Below, piece after piece: positions 48,751 through 57,882 of a stretch of DNA of 64,000 bases (position 1 is its first letter; the number at the start of each line of letters is the position of its first letter). This DNA is from a bacterium. GTDB taxonomy: Bacteria; UBA8248. Location of the stretch: NCBI GenBank assembly GCA_965213685.1, contig CBDBZY010000003.1, forward strand, positions 128,001 to 192,000. The letters run 5' to 3'. Made by a program: the position numbers and the translations under genes. The notes beneath the pieces are model-generated. The model was not told the DNA's origin, made no database searches, and saw nothing but the letters and a program-made list of their open reading frames with translations.

Positions 48751-50085
48751 ATGGAAAATTTCTGGCTCCCCGCCCTGGGGGCCGCGCTCCTCACGGGGTG
48801 CGTCTGGTTCGTCTGGAGGTCGCGCGCATCGGGGCTGGAGAAGATGCTGGCGAAAGCCGAGGAGGAGGCGGCGAGAGCCGGGGCGTCGCTGGCCGCCGAG
48901 CGGGAGAAGAGCGCGACGCTGGCCGCCGCGTGCGCGCGCATGGAGTCCGACCTGGCGCACGAGCGGGAATCGGCGCAAGAGAAAATCGGCCTCCTGCGCC
49001 GCGCGGAGAGGGAGATGCGCGAGAGCTTCAGCGCACTGAGTGCCGATGCGCTCAAGAGCAACAACGCCTCTTTTCTGGAGTTGGCCACGACGACGCTCGA
49101 AAAATTCCAGAGCGAGGCCAAGGGCGACCTCGCATTGAGCCAGAAGGCGGTGGAGAGCCTGGTCGCCCCCATCCACGAGTCGCTCGAGAAGGTGAAAGGG
49201 CATGGGGATGCGCTGGAAAAAGCCAGGCGGGAGGCCTATGGCGCGCTCACCGAGCAGGTCAAATCCCTGATGGGAGCACAGGAGAAGCTCCGCTCCGAGA
49301 CGGGAAACCTCGTCAAGGCCCTGCGCGCCCCGCAGGTGCGCGGACGCTGGGGGGAGATGCAGCTTCGCCGCGTGGTGGAGATGGCCGGCATGGTCGCCCA
49401 TTGCGATTTCGTGGAGCAGCAGACGCTCGACGCGGACGGCGCGCGTCTGCGCCCCGACCTCATCGTCCAGCTCCCGGGCGGGAAGAACGTGGTGGTGGAC
49501 GCCAAGGCGCCGCTCGACGCCTACCTCAACTCGGTGGAGGCGGAGGATGAGGACGCGCGCCGCGCGCACCTCGGAGAGCACGCCCGCCAGATTCGGGACC
49601 ACATCAAGACGCTCAGCTCCAAGGAGTATTGGAATCGGTGCGGCGCGACGCCCGAGTTCGTGGCGATGTTCCTCCCCGGGGAGAGTCTGTTCAGCGCGGC
49701 ACTCGAGCAGGACCCCGGCCTGATAGAGGAGGGGGTGAGCCAGCAGGTGATACTGACCACGCCCACGACGCTCATCGCCTTGTTGCGCGCGGTGGCCTAC
49801 GGCTGGCGGCAAGAGAAGGTGGCCGAAAACGCCCAGGCGGTGAGCGCGTTGGGGCAGGCGCTGTGCGAGCGGCTCCACACGCTGGCGAAGCATTTCGTGA
49901 AGATGGGCGAAAGTCTGGACAAAGCGGTGGACTACTACAACAAGGCGGTGGGTTCCTACGAATCGCGGGTGCTGGTCTCCGCGCGGAGGTTCAGCGACTA
50001 CGGAATCGCCTCGGCTGACGACATGGAGGTGATGCGTCCCGTCGAGAAAACCCCGCGCGCCCTGCGGGGAGTGCCCGACTCCTGA
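48751..50085 (+). CDS. rmuC: DNA recombination protein RmuC
   Basis: N-terminal TM and coiled coil, then RGRWGEMQL, RPD, VVDAKAP, MFLPGE, TPTTLIALL and GSYESRVL. Confidence 0.93.
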   Translation: MENFWLPALGAALLTGCVWFVWRSRASGLEKMLAKAEEEAARAGASLAAEREKSATLAAACARMESDLAHERESAQEKIGLLRRAEREMRESFSALSADALKSNNASFLELATTTLEKFQSEAKGDLALSQKAVESLVAPIHESLEKVKGHGDALEKARREAYGALTEQVKSLMGAQEKLRSETGNLVKALRAPQVRGRWGEMQLRRVVEMAGMVAHCDFVEQQTLDADGARLRPDLIVQLPGGKNVVVDAKAPLDAYLNSVEAEDEDARRAHLGEHARQIRDHIKTLSSKEYWNRCGATPEFVAMFLPGESLFSAALEQDPGLIEEGVSQQVILTTPTTLIALLRAVAYGWRQEKVAENAQAVSALGQALCERLHTLAKHFVKMGESLDKAVDYYNKAVGSYESRVLVSARRFSDYGIASADDMEVMRPVEKTPRALRGVPDS

Positions 50086-50145
50086 TTCGCATCCCCGCGC
50101 GTCCCCGCCCGGCGGAGGCTGACCCCTGTCTTCGCTCCCCCCCGC

Positions 50146-50661
50146 CTAGAGGCGTCTGAGATAGGGGTGCTTTCTTCGCATCCCGTCCTGCAACCAGCGC
50201 GGGTAGTCCCCCCAGCATGCCTCGACGTGGTCGAGATCGTCCGCGTCGGGGTCCAGGTCGTTGAGGCGGAGCGTGGGCGGAAGCCGCAGGGGGATGGCGA
50301 TGGTCTCGCCCCGGAGCGCCAGGATTTTGCGGGCGCCTATGAGGCGCCACCGACCGTCTTCCGCCTCTTCGGTGGCGTGAAAGCCCTTGACCACCTGATG
50401 GAGATAGCGGCTGAAGACCGCCAGGTTTTCCTCGAACTCCTCCAGGGGCGCGACGCTTTCGGCCTCGAAATGGAGGCGCCCCTCGCGGATTTTTCGGACG
50501 ATCTCCCAGATGGGCATCTGCGCGGTGAGTGGCAGGTATTCGTCCACGACGCAGTCGGCGAGGTTGTATTTGTCCGCGCCCCGGAGGGTGAGGTCGAAAT
50601 AATAGCGGTGCTGGCACAAGGGCAGGTCCCTCTTGGCGGCCCGGCGGCTATCCCCGCGCAA
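50146..50661 (-). CDS. hypothetical protein
   Basis: Protein-like composition and GC3-rich codons; no family recognised; start uncertain. Confidence 0.6.
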   Translation of the reverse strand: MRGDSRRAAKRDLPLCQHRYYFDLTLRGADKYNLADCVVDEYLPLTAQMPIWEIVRKIREGRLHFEAESVAPLEEFEENLAVFSRYLHQVVKGFHATEEAEDGRWRLIGARKILALRGETIAIPLRLPPTLRLNDLDPDADDLDHVEACWGDYPRWLQDGMRRKHPYLRRL

Positions 50662-50797
50662 AAGTCCGGCTTGCGGTGGATTTTGTCAAGACATGGGTTC
50701 ATAATCCCCTGGAATCAGAGCGGAGGCGCGCGGTGCGCGTCCGCCGCCGCGCATGCGTGGGATTCTGGTGAACACGGCCATGAAGGAGAGATGAGAG

Positions 50798-51091
50798 ATG
50801 CGCAGGACCCTCGGTGTGGGATGGGCGCTTCTCGGCGCGCTCCTCGTTTTGGGCGGGTGCGGCGATATGGTGCCGCGAGGCGTGGAGGTGATCACGGAGC
50901 CGCCGGGCGCCACGGTCAGGCTCGGGGAGGAGAGGATAGGCGAATCGCCCGTCCTCATCCCATGGAAGAAGATCAAGGATCATTACGCGGATACGTTCAC
51001 GGTGGAGATACGCAAGGAAGGATACCATTCCGAGCATCTGGTGGCCGCGCAGTATGGGGGAACCATACGGGTGGCGCTCCGCAAGAAGTAG
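50798..51091 (+). CDS. PEGA-domain lipoprotein
   Basis: Lipobox LGGC, then ITEPPGATV...IGESP...VEIRKEGY. Confidence 0.75.
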   Translation: MRRTLGVGWALLGALLVLGGCGDMVPRGVEVITEPPGATVRLGEERIGESPVLIPWKKIKDHYADTFTVEIRKEGYHSEHLVAAQYGGTIRVALRKK

Positions 51092-51130
51092 CGCAGGTTC
51101 TCCCTTTTATCTCGCAGGAAAAGAGCAGAG

Positions 51131-51799
51131 GTGGTTGTGCGCACACATGGCATGGGCCTGCTTGCCGAGTTGTTTGAATTTGAAGAGGGCGCGGAAGACG
51201 ATGCGCGGGAATGGCTCGATGCGGTGCGCCTCTCGCGGATGCTCGACGTCGCGGGGACGACTGGAGGGGCGGGCTATGAGGCGCTCGAGGGCGCGCCCCG
51301 CTTCCTGAATCTCGTGGAGGCGCGGAGCGTGCACGTGTTCTACGGCGCGGAGTTCTGCGCGCTCATGGAGTCCGCCGACATGCGCTTTTCTCCTCCTCCC
51401 CCGCAGCGCATTCGCCTCGTTTGCGCGCAGGTCTATCCCGGTCTGCCGGCGTTTTCCCGCCACTTCCCGACGGTGGAGGCCGCCGGCCTCGCCCCCCTCG
51501 TGCAGTTCGGAAGAATTCACGTGCCCGAGGAGAGGCTCGCGGATTTCAACGGCTGGTACGCCCAGGATCGCGCGCCCCTTTCCGAGGAGGTCCCGGGGCT
51601 GCGGCGCATTCGCCGCTACAGCCCCGTGGAGGGGGAGAGGCTGATGGTCGTGCTCTACGAGATGGAGGATGCGTCCGTGCGCGAGACGCCGGAGTGGAGG
51701 GAGATGAACGCCTCCGAGTGGACGGGGCGCGTGCGGAGCTACTACCGCCAGGCGCCAGGCTCCCCCGGCGTCTATCGGCGCAGGGGCTACCCCCGCTAG
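51131..51799 (+). CDS. hypothetical protein with EthD/DUF4286-like dimeric alpha-beta barrel repeats
   Basis: DFNGWY....P....VPG...RRY and VLYE...EW pattern in the C-terminal half. Confidence 0.6.
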   Translation: MVVRTHGMGLLAELFEFEEGAEDDAREWLDAVRLSRMLDVAGTTGGAGYEALEGAPRFLNLVEARSVHVFYGAEFCALMESADMRFSPPPPQRIRLVCAQVYPGLPAFSRHFPTVEAAGLAPLVQFGRIHVPEERLADFNGWYAQDRAPLSEEVPGLRRIRRYSPVEGERLMVVLYEMEDASVRETPEWREMNASEWTGRVRSYYRQAPGSPGVYRRRGYPR

Positions 51800-52000
51800 A
51801 CGCAACCGGAGGCCTCTCCCCTCCACGCATCGCACCGCCCCGGAGCGCCCTTTCCCTCTTTCTTTTCCATCCCTCGCCCAGCCAAACCGCCCTGTCCATG
51901 CCCCTGTTCTGGACGCTCTCCCCGGGCGTGCGGGGGCCGCCCCTCGGAATCCAGGCGACAGGAAACGCCGCGCGGCTTGCCGCCCTCCACTCCGCCTCCC

Positions 52001-52783
52001 CTAGCGGGGGAAGCGGCTGAAATCGGGCGGCCTTTTCTCCTTGAATGCGTTCATGCCCTCGACGGACTGCTCGTTGTTCCACACGGCGTTCAGGAGTTCG
52101 CTGCCGTGCATCCAGGAGGGATAGTGGAGGTCGCCCAGGAAGTTGATGTTTGTTTTCATGTACCGCAGCGTGGCCGGTGCGTGCGAGTTGATTTTGGCGC
52201 ACCACTCCTCCGTCGCTTTTTCGAGTTCCCCGTCCGGCACGACTTCGTTGATCAGGCCGACTTCCTTGGCTTCTTGCGCGGAGTAGCGCTTGGCCAGGAA
52301 CAGCATCTCGCGCGCCCTGCGGTCGCCCATGAGCAGGGGCAGGTATTGCGTGGCGCCCACCACCGGCAGCGCGCCCACGCGGGCGCCCGACTGCCCGAAC
52401 TGCGCGTTTTCACTCGCGATGCACAGGTCGCAATACAGCTGCCATTCGTTGCCTCCGCCGATGCACCAGCCGCGCACCATGGCGATGGTGGGCTTGCCGG
52501 AGTTTCGGAGCGTCATGCACAGGCGGCGCATCTTGTTGTTCCAGATGTGGCCCGTCTGGTAGTTCAGCCCCAGCATCATGTCCATGTCGCCGCCCGAGGA
52601 GAAGTTCCCGTTCAGGCCATACAGGACGCCCACGCCGATGTCGGGGTCCTCGTCGAGCCGCGTGAAGGCCTCGATGACCTCGTTGATCATCTGAAAATTC
52701 ATGGCGTTCAGCGTTTTGGGGCGGTTGAGTCCCACCCAGAGGGTTCTGTCCTTCACTTCTACGACGGTGACTCTCTCCGACAT
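52001..52783 (-). CDS. crotonase family enzyme, MenB/BadI-like (ring-opening CoA hydrolase or DHNA-CoA synthase-like)
   Basis: LNRP..LNA, FSSGGD, GWCIGGG, FGQSGARVG and EGMNAFKEKRPPDF. Confidence 0.82.
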   Translation of the reverse strand: MSERVTVVEVKDRTLWVGLNRPKTLNAMNFQMINEVIEAFTRLDEDPDIGVGVLYGLNGNFSSGGDMDMMLGLNYQTGHIWNNKMRRLCMTLRNSGKPTIAMVRGWCIGGGNEWQLYCDLCIASENAQFGQSGARVGALPVVGATQYLPLLMGDRRAREMLFLAKRYSAQEAKEVGLINEVVPDGELEKATEEWCAKINSHAPATLRYMKTNINFLGDLHYPSWMHGSELLNAVWNNEQSVEGMNAFKEKRPPDFSRFPR

Positions 52784-52911
52784 GTTCCGAATCTCCTTCT
52801 TGCCCGCTGGCGCGTGCCGTTATGATGGAATGGGAGCGGTGGAGCGCATTGTTTTCCCCCGTGTCTGCATTCTCGCACGGGATGCGCGGATTTGCCAGAC
52901 GGATTCGGGAT

Positions 52912-53752
52912 TCATCGCATCCATGCGAGCGCCCCCTTGTAGAGGAGCTGCAGGGAGACGAGCGTGAGCAGCACCGCCAGAATGCGCGTGAGCGTGGTGG
53001 ATTTCACCTGGTTCGAGATGGCGGCTCCGAGTTGTGCGCCCGCGATGGTTCCGACCGCCAGGGGGAGAATCACGTTCGTCAACGCATGGAGGTTCCCGTG
53101 GAGGAAGTGCACCATCACGGCGAGAGCGGTGGTGAGGAGGAGCTCGCACTGCGACGTGGCGGTGGCGATGTGGGGCGGGATACGCAGGATTCTTATCATC
53201 ACCGGCACGTGGATCGGACCGCCCCCGATGCCCAGAAAGCTCGCCAGAAAGCCCACGATGGAGCTCAGGAAGACGCCGAGCCGAAAGCGGAAGGCATATT
53301 CGTAGACGCGGCCCCGGCTGTCGACGATTCGCCGCCGCGCGAGGGCGCCCAGCCCGCCCGTGCGCTCCCGCTTCTCCTCCTCCAGGGGGGGCGGGGGGTT
53401 GATGATGGAGACGCACAGGCCCAGCAGGGCGAGGCCCAGGAGGATGTCGAACGGCCCGCGCGCGACCCTCGCTCGTGGCGTAGACGCCGATGACCACCCA
53501 GGGCGAGCCGGCGAGGGCGAAACAGGCGCTGGTCTTGAGGTCGATTCGCCCCATCCGGTAATAGGCGAGCGAACCGGAGAGGGCGTTCAGGCAGACCACG
53601 CTGAGCGAGGTGGCGGCGATGATCTCGGACGGCTGATCGGTGAAGATCAGCAGGAGCAGGGGCGTGAGTATGAATCCCCCGCCCGCGCCCACCAGCGTGC
53701 CCAGCAGGCCGATCCCCAGGCCCATCGCCAGAAATGAAATGAAAAAAAGCAT
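52912..53752 (-). pseudogene. sulfite exporter TauE/SafE (TSUP) family protein, frameshifted near 53470
   Basis: The N-half has GTLVGAGGGFILTP. The C-half is in another frame with SFLGIGGGPIHVP and ATATS. Removing one base at AGC-G-AGG restores ...YATS-RVARGPFDILLG. Confidence 0.8.
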
Positions 53753-54057
53753 GGAGGGAATCCTTATCGCCCGGCGGAGGCGCGCGACGCCATGGAGGGG
53801 CGCTTTTCTTCACACGTCGGCATGTTTGTTTGCTGGCGCACGCGCCCAATTCTAGTATAGACGGAAGGGGAAGGAAAGAGGTTTGGGGGTTGGCGGGAAT
53901 GATGACGCGCGGAGCGTTGCGCGGGCCCCGCCCTGGCCGGGGAGTGCGTGGAGCCGTCCCCCGGCGGGGGAGGCTGCCCTCCCGATGCGTGGTTTCGCAA
54001 AATCGCCCGGAGGGGGTAAGATGCGCTTCCGGTTGTCCTCTTGATGGGGAGAGAGAA

Positions 54058-55138
54058 ATGATCGTTCCACTCGACACGCCGGTGGTTGCCCGGGCGCGGA
54101 ATTTCCGGAACGTGCTGGATCGCGGGGAGGCGGCCGCCTACCGGGCGTTGCAGGAGACGAAGCAGGAGTATCGGCAGGCGCAGCCGCCGCCCCTTCGCCC
54201 GCCGCGCCTGAGAAGGGACGGCAAGAGCCTCGTGGCGATGGTTCGGGGGGAGACGCGCGATGAGGCCATACGCCTGGGGGTGGAGAAACTCGGCGGGATC
54301 CGGCGCATCATCGATTCTCCCGCGCCTGCGCTCCTCAAGCCCAACTTCAACTCCGCCGACCCCTTTCCGGCCTCGACGCATCCGGAGACGCTCGAAACCA
54401 TCGTCGCGCTCCTGCGGGAGGCGGGTTGCGACGGATTTGGCGGTGGGCGAGATGGGCGGCCTCCTCTCCCTGCCCGCGCGCGATAATTTCGAGCGCTGGG
54501 GGATGGGCGATTTTCAGAAGAAGACGGGCGTGGCCGTTTTGCGCTTCGATGAGGAGCCCTGGGTCAAGGCCCGCGTTCCGGAGGCGATTCGCTGGGGCGG
54601 GTGGGTGCACTGCGTGGAGCGCCTGCTGCGGCCTGGCCAGCACGTCGTCAACCTGCCCACGATGAAGAGCCACGGCGGCGGGCCGCGCTTCAGCCTGTCG
54701 CTCAAGAACGTGTACGGATTCGTGCATCCCAGGGACCGCGTTCGCGCCCATTTCGTCTCCCAGATGGCCGAGATGATCATGGAGACGAACCTGTTGTATT
54801 CCCCCTCCCTGATCGTGCTGGATGGCCGAAAATGCTGGATATCGGGCGGGCCCTACACGGGGGAGGAGCGCGCGCCTGACGTGATGATCCTCGGCGACGA
54901 TCGCATCGCCGTCGACGTCGTGGGCGCCTCCGTGGTGCGGGCGATGGGCGCCCCGCTCCTGCGCGATTATCCCGTCTGGTCGCATCGGCAGATCAGGCGC
55001 GCGGCGGCGCTGGGGCTCGGCGCGCGCGGACCGGAGGAGGTGGAGGTTCTGGCGGAGGACGCGACGGGCGGCTCGGGTTTCGCCGCACTGGCCGAGCGGG
55101 TGCGGGAGTTCGTCCGGGAGCGGGACCCGGGCGGATGA
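54058..55138 (+). pseudogene. DUF362 family protein, frameshifted near 54430
   Basis: LLKPNFN...STHPE...LREAG, then in a shifted frame VGE, VNLPTMKSH, FSLSLKN, LDG and D.IAVD. One extra G at TGC-G-ACG explains the shift. Confidence 0.8.
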
Positions 55139-55166
55139 GGGAATGCGCGACCCGCGCCGGCCTCCG

Positions 55167-55196
55167 TTGACGGGGGGGTGCGGTTTCCGCTACATT
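55167..55196 (+). promoter_or_regulatory. sigma70-like promoter for tRNA-Ala
   Basis: TTGACG - 18 nt - TACATT, about 50 nt upstream of the tRNA. Confidence 0.55.
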
Positions 55197-55244
55197 CCTC
55201 CGCACCCTTCGGGGTTTGCCGCAAAAAAAGCTTCCTCGCGCCAA

Positions 55245-55320
55245 GGGGCTGTAGCTCAGCTGGGAGAGCGCATGACTGGCAGTCATGAGGTCAGGGGTTC
55301 GATCCCCCTCAGCTCCACCA
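55245..55320 (+). tRNA. tRNA-Ala (GGC)
   Basis: GGGGCTG...CAGCTCC-ACCA acceptor with G3:U70, anticodon arm CATGA-CTGGCAG-TCATG, and GGTTCGATCC. Confidence 0.97.
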
Positions 55321-55522
55321 GGTGCCCCTCTTCATGCGCAGTCTTCCGGCTCGCCGCCTCCTGACCACCTGTTACTGCCCGGCGTCTCCGCCGCCGGCGG
55401 GGGGTGCCCGTCCCGGCGTTTTTGCGGGGAAGCCGCGAGAAGTGCTACTAATGGAGAACGCCTGCAAATTGCAGCCCGGCGCTTGATGCGCGCGCCTTTT
55501 CCGGAGGTGGGGACTTGACGCC

Positions 55523-56491
55523 ATGAACGACGCGGAAAACTTTCATTTTGGCTACCTGCTGCCCACGCGCGGCGTCGTCGTGCAGGCCGCAGGCGGGGCG
55601 CCGGACGCCCAGCCCATCTTCTCCCTCGCCAGGGAGGCGGAGAATCTGGGACTCGATTCGGTGTGGCTCGGCGACAGCGTGCTGGCCAAGCCCCGCATGG
55701 AGAGCTTCACGACCTGGGCGGCGGTTCTCGCGTTGACCGAGCGCGTTCAGGTGGGCACGGCGGTCATGCTCGCGGCGCTGCGGCATCCGGTGATGCTCGC
55801 GCAATCGGTGAGCACGCTCGACTGCATGTTCCCCGGGCGCGTCCTCCCCGGGCTGGGCGTCGGGCGCACGGACCTCCGGTTCGAGTTCGAAACGCTGAGG
55901 GTGCCGCTCCGAGAGCGCGCGCGCCGCTTCTCCGAGACAGTGGAGATACTCCGGCTGCTCCTGCGGGAGCCCCGGGCGAGCTATGGGGGGAAACATTTCG
56001 CTTTCGAGGGCGTGGCGCTCGAGCCGAGGCCGCGAACCCCCGGCGGCCCCCCGATTTGGCTGTCGAGCAACCTGGTGGACTCCGGGCTCAGGCGCGTGGC
56101 GCGCCTCGCCGACGGCTGGATAACAAACTCCATCACGCCGAGCCTCTACCGGCAGTGCTGGGAGAAAATATGCGCCTATGCGGAGGAGGCCGGCAGGGGC
56201 GAGGCGATAGGGAAAATCCCCCAGTGCCTCTACGTCACGATGAACGTGAACCCGGACGGGCGGAAGGCCGAAGCGCAGTGCGGGGAGTTCCTCTCCAGAT
56301 ACTACCACAAGACGTTCGAGGAGGTGCGGAAGCAGCTCCTCGTCATCGCGGGAGATGGGGATCGGGTGGAGGCGGCGCTCCGCGAGTATGCGCGCGAGGG
56401 AACGCGCGCCTTCGTCGTTCGCTTCGCGGGCGGCAGCCAGGAGGAGCAGCTGGAGAATTTCGTCTCCGAGATTTTGCCGAGGTTCAGGTAG
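55523..56491 (+). CDS. LLM-class flavin-dependent oxidoreductase
   Basis: GLDSVWLGDS, TERVQVGTAV, LRHP, GLGVG, PPIW and RVARLADGW. Confidence 0.88.
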   Translation: MNDAENFHFGYLLPTRGVVVQAAGGAPDAQPIFSLAREAENLGLDSVWLGDSVLAKPRMESFTTWAAVLALTERVQVGTAVMLAALRHPVMLAQSVSTLDCMFPGRVLPGLGVGRTDLRFEFETLRVPLRERARRFSETVEILRLLLREPRASYGGKHFAFEGVALEPRPRTPGGPPIWLSSNLVDSGLRRVARLADGWITNSITPSLYRQCWEKICAYAEEAGRGEAIGKIPQCLYVTMNVNPDGRKAEAQCGEFLSRYYHKTFEEVRKQLLVIAGDGDRVEAALREYAREGTRAFVVRFAGGSQEEQLENFVSEILPRFR

Positions 56492-56493
56492 GG

Positions 56494-57678
56494 ATGGTTC
56501 TCGAAAACGGAACGGGCGCCTCGAAAGAGGAGACCCGACAGAGGATTTCGGCCGCGCGCGGGCTCATGCGGGATCGGGGGCTGGACGTTCTTCTCGTCAT
56601 CGGCCGCTCCTTTTATGACCGCATGGGGAGTCTGGCCTACCTCACCAACCATTTTCCGCCGTTTCCTCCCGGGGCGTTCAGCGACGCCGTTCGCGGCATG
56701 GGGCACGGGGTGCTCGTCCTGCCGCTCGAGGAGGAGCCGCTGCTCTTCGTGGATCACCGGAACTATCGCCGCGAGATGGTGCACGTCGAGAACGTGCGGG
56801 TGGAGGCCAACATTTCCGCGGCGCTCGTCGCCTGCATCGAGCGCCTGGGCGCCGCGCGCGCGCGGTTGGGGGTCGCCGGGGAGGACATCATGCCGGCGAC
56901 GATGTATATCGACCTCGCCTCGGCGCTGCCCGCCGCGCGATTCTCGAACGCGAACGCCCTGGTGGAGCGGCTGCGCGCCAGCAAGAGCGAGACCGAGGTC
57001 GCCTACCTGAGGCGCGCGGCGCAAATCGTCGAGGCGGGCTACGCCGCCATTTTCGAGGCGGTGCGCCCCGGGGTGAGCGAGAGCGACCTGTGCGCCGAGG
57101 GCCATGCGGCGGGGATGCGCGCGGGTGCGGATTTCGTGCGCTACGTCCGCGTTCACAGCGGTCCGTGGGCGAGCTGGGGTTCGCGCTGGCCCCAGGCGAC
57201 CCGGAGGAGGCTGGAGGCGGGCGACCTGATTCGCTTCGACTATGTGGGCGCGGTGGAAGGCTACGGGTTTGACGTCAACCGCACCGCCGTGGTCCCCGGC
57301 AAGGGGCTGGAGCGGGGCGTGGAGGAGATGCTGGAGCTGACCATCGCCACCTCGGAGGCGGCGATGGGCGCCGTTCGCGCGGGCGCGACGGCGGCGGGGG
57401 TGCATGCCGCCGCCAGCCGGTTCCTCGACGATAACGCGGACGGAGCGGGGCAGTATCTCTTTCCCATGGCGGGCCATGGCATCGGACTCGAAACCGTGGA
57501 GGCGCCCATCATCCGGCCGGACAACGAGACGATCCTGGAGCGGAACATGGTGCTCTGCGTCGAGCCCCAGTTCGTGCTGCCCGAGGTGGGCGGCACCAAC
57601 ATCGAGCAGATGGTGCTCGTGACCGCCGATGGGCATGAGCTTCTCACGAAGACCACCACGCGCCCCTGGGCGGCGTGA
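56494..57678 (+). CDS. M24 family (Xaa-Pro peptidase/creatinase-like) hydrolase
   Basis: KSETE, FD...GYGFDVNRT, GHGIGL, VEP and IEQ metal-ligand pattern. Confidence 0.85.
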   Translation: MVLENGTGASKEETRQRISAARGLMRDRGLDVLLVIGRSFYDRMGSLAYLTNHFPPFPPGAFSDAVRGMGHGVLVLPLEEEPLLFVDHRNYRREMVHVENVRVEANISAALVACIERLGAARARLGVAGEDIMPATMYIDLASALPAARFSNANALVERLRASKSETEVAYLRRAAQIVEAGYAAIFEAVRPGVSESDLCAEGHAAGMRAGADFVRYVRVHSGPWASWGSRWPQATRRRLEAGDLIRFDYVGAVEGYGFDVNRTAVVPGKGLERGVEEMLELTIATSEAAMGAVRAGATAAGVHAAASRFLDDNADGAGQYLFPMAGHGIGLETVEAPIIRPDNETILERNMVLCVEPQFVLPEVGGTNIEQMVLVTADGHELLTKTTTRPWAA

Positions 57679-57882
57679 CGCCCCTCATGCGCCGGCGATG
57701 CGCGCGCGCGACCGCTGCAGGCGGCGGTTGCCGGACGCCCGGGCGACGCCTTGCGGTTTCAGCGCCTGGGGGAGGGGGGAAATGGTGTCGGCGGATGGAG
57801 CGGATTCCTGGAGATTTCCTGACGTTTTGACATGTCCCCGGTCGCTTTCGGAAAAACGCCTCATCCTGGGGATGGAGTTTCT

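Noticed and set aside
51800-52000. C-rich intergenic tracts (also 24030-24145 and 53900-54030) as a repeat family or CRISPR
   Set aside because: No regularly spaced identical repeats; only low-complexity purine/pyrimidine runs and weak hairpins.
52001-52783. Calling the crotonase menB
   Set aside because: No other men genes are nearby, and the sequence fits the BadI-like ring-hydrolase group equally well, so the symbol was withheld.
618-55320. Integrative element at tRNA-Glu or tRNA-Ala
   Set aside because: No integrase and no direct repeat of either tRNA 3' end was seen in the window.
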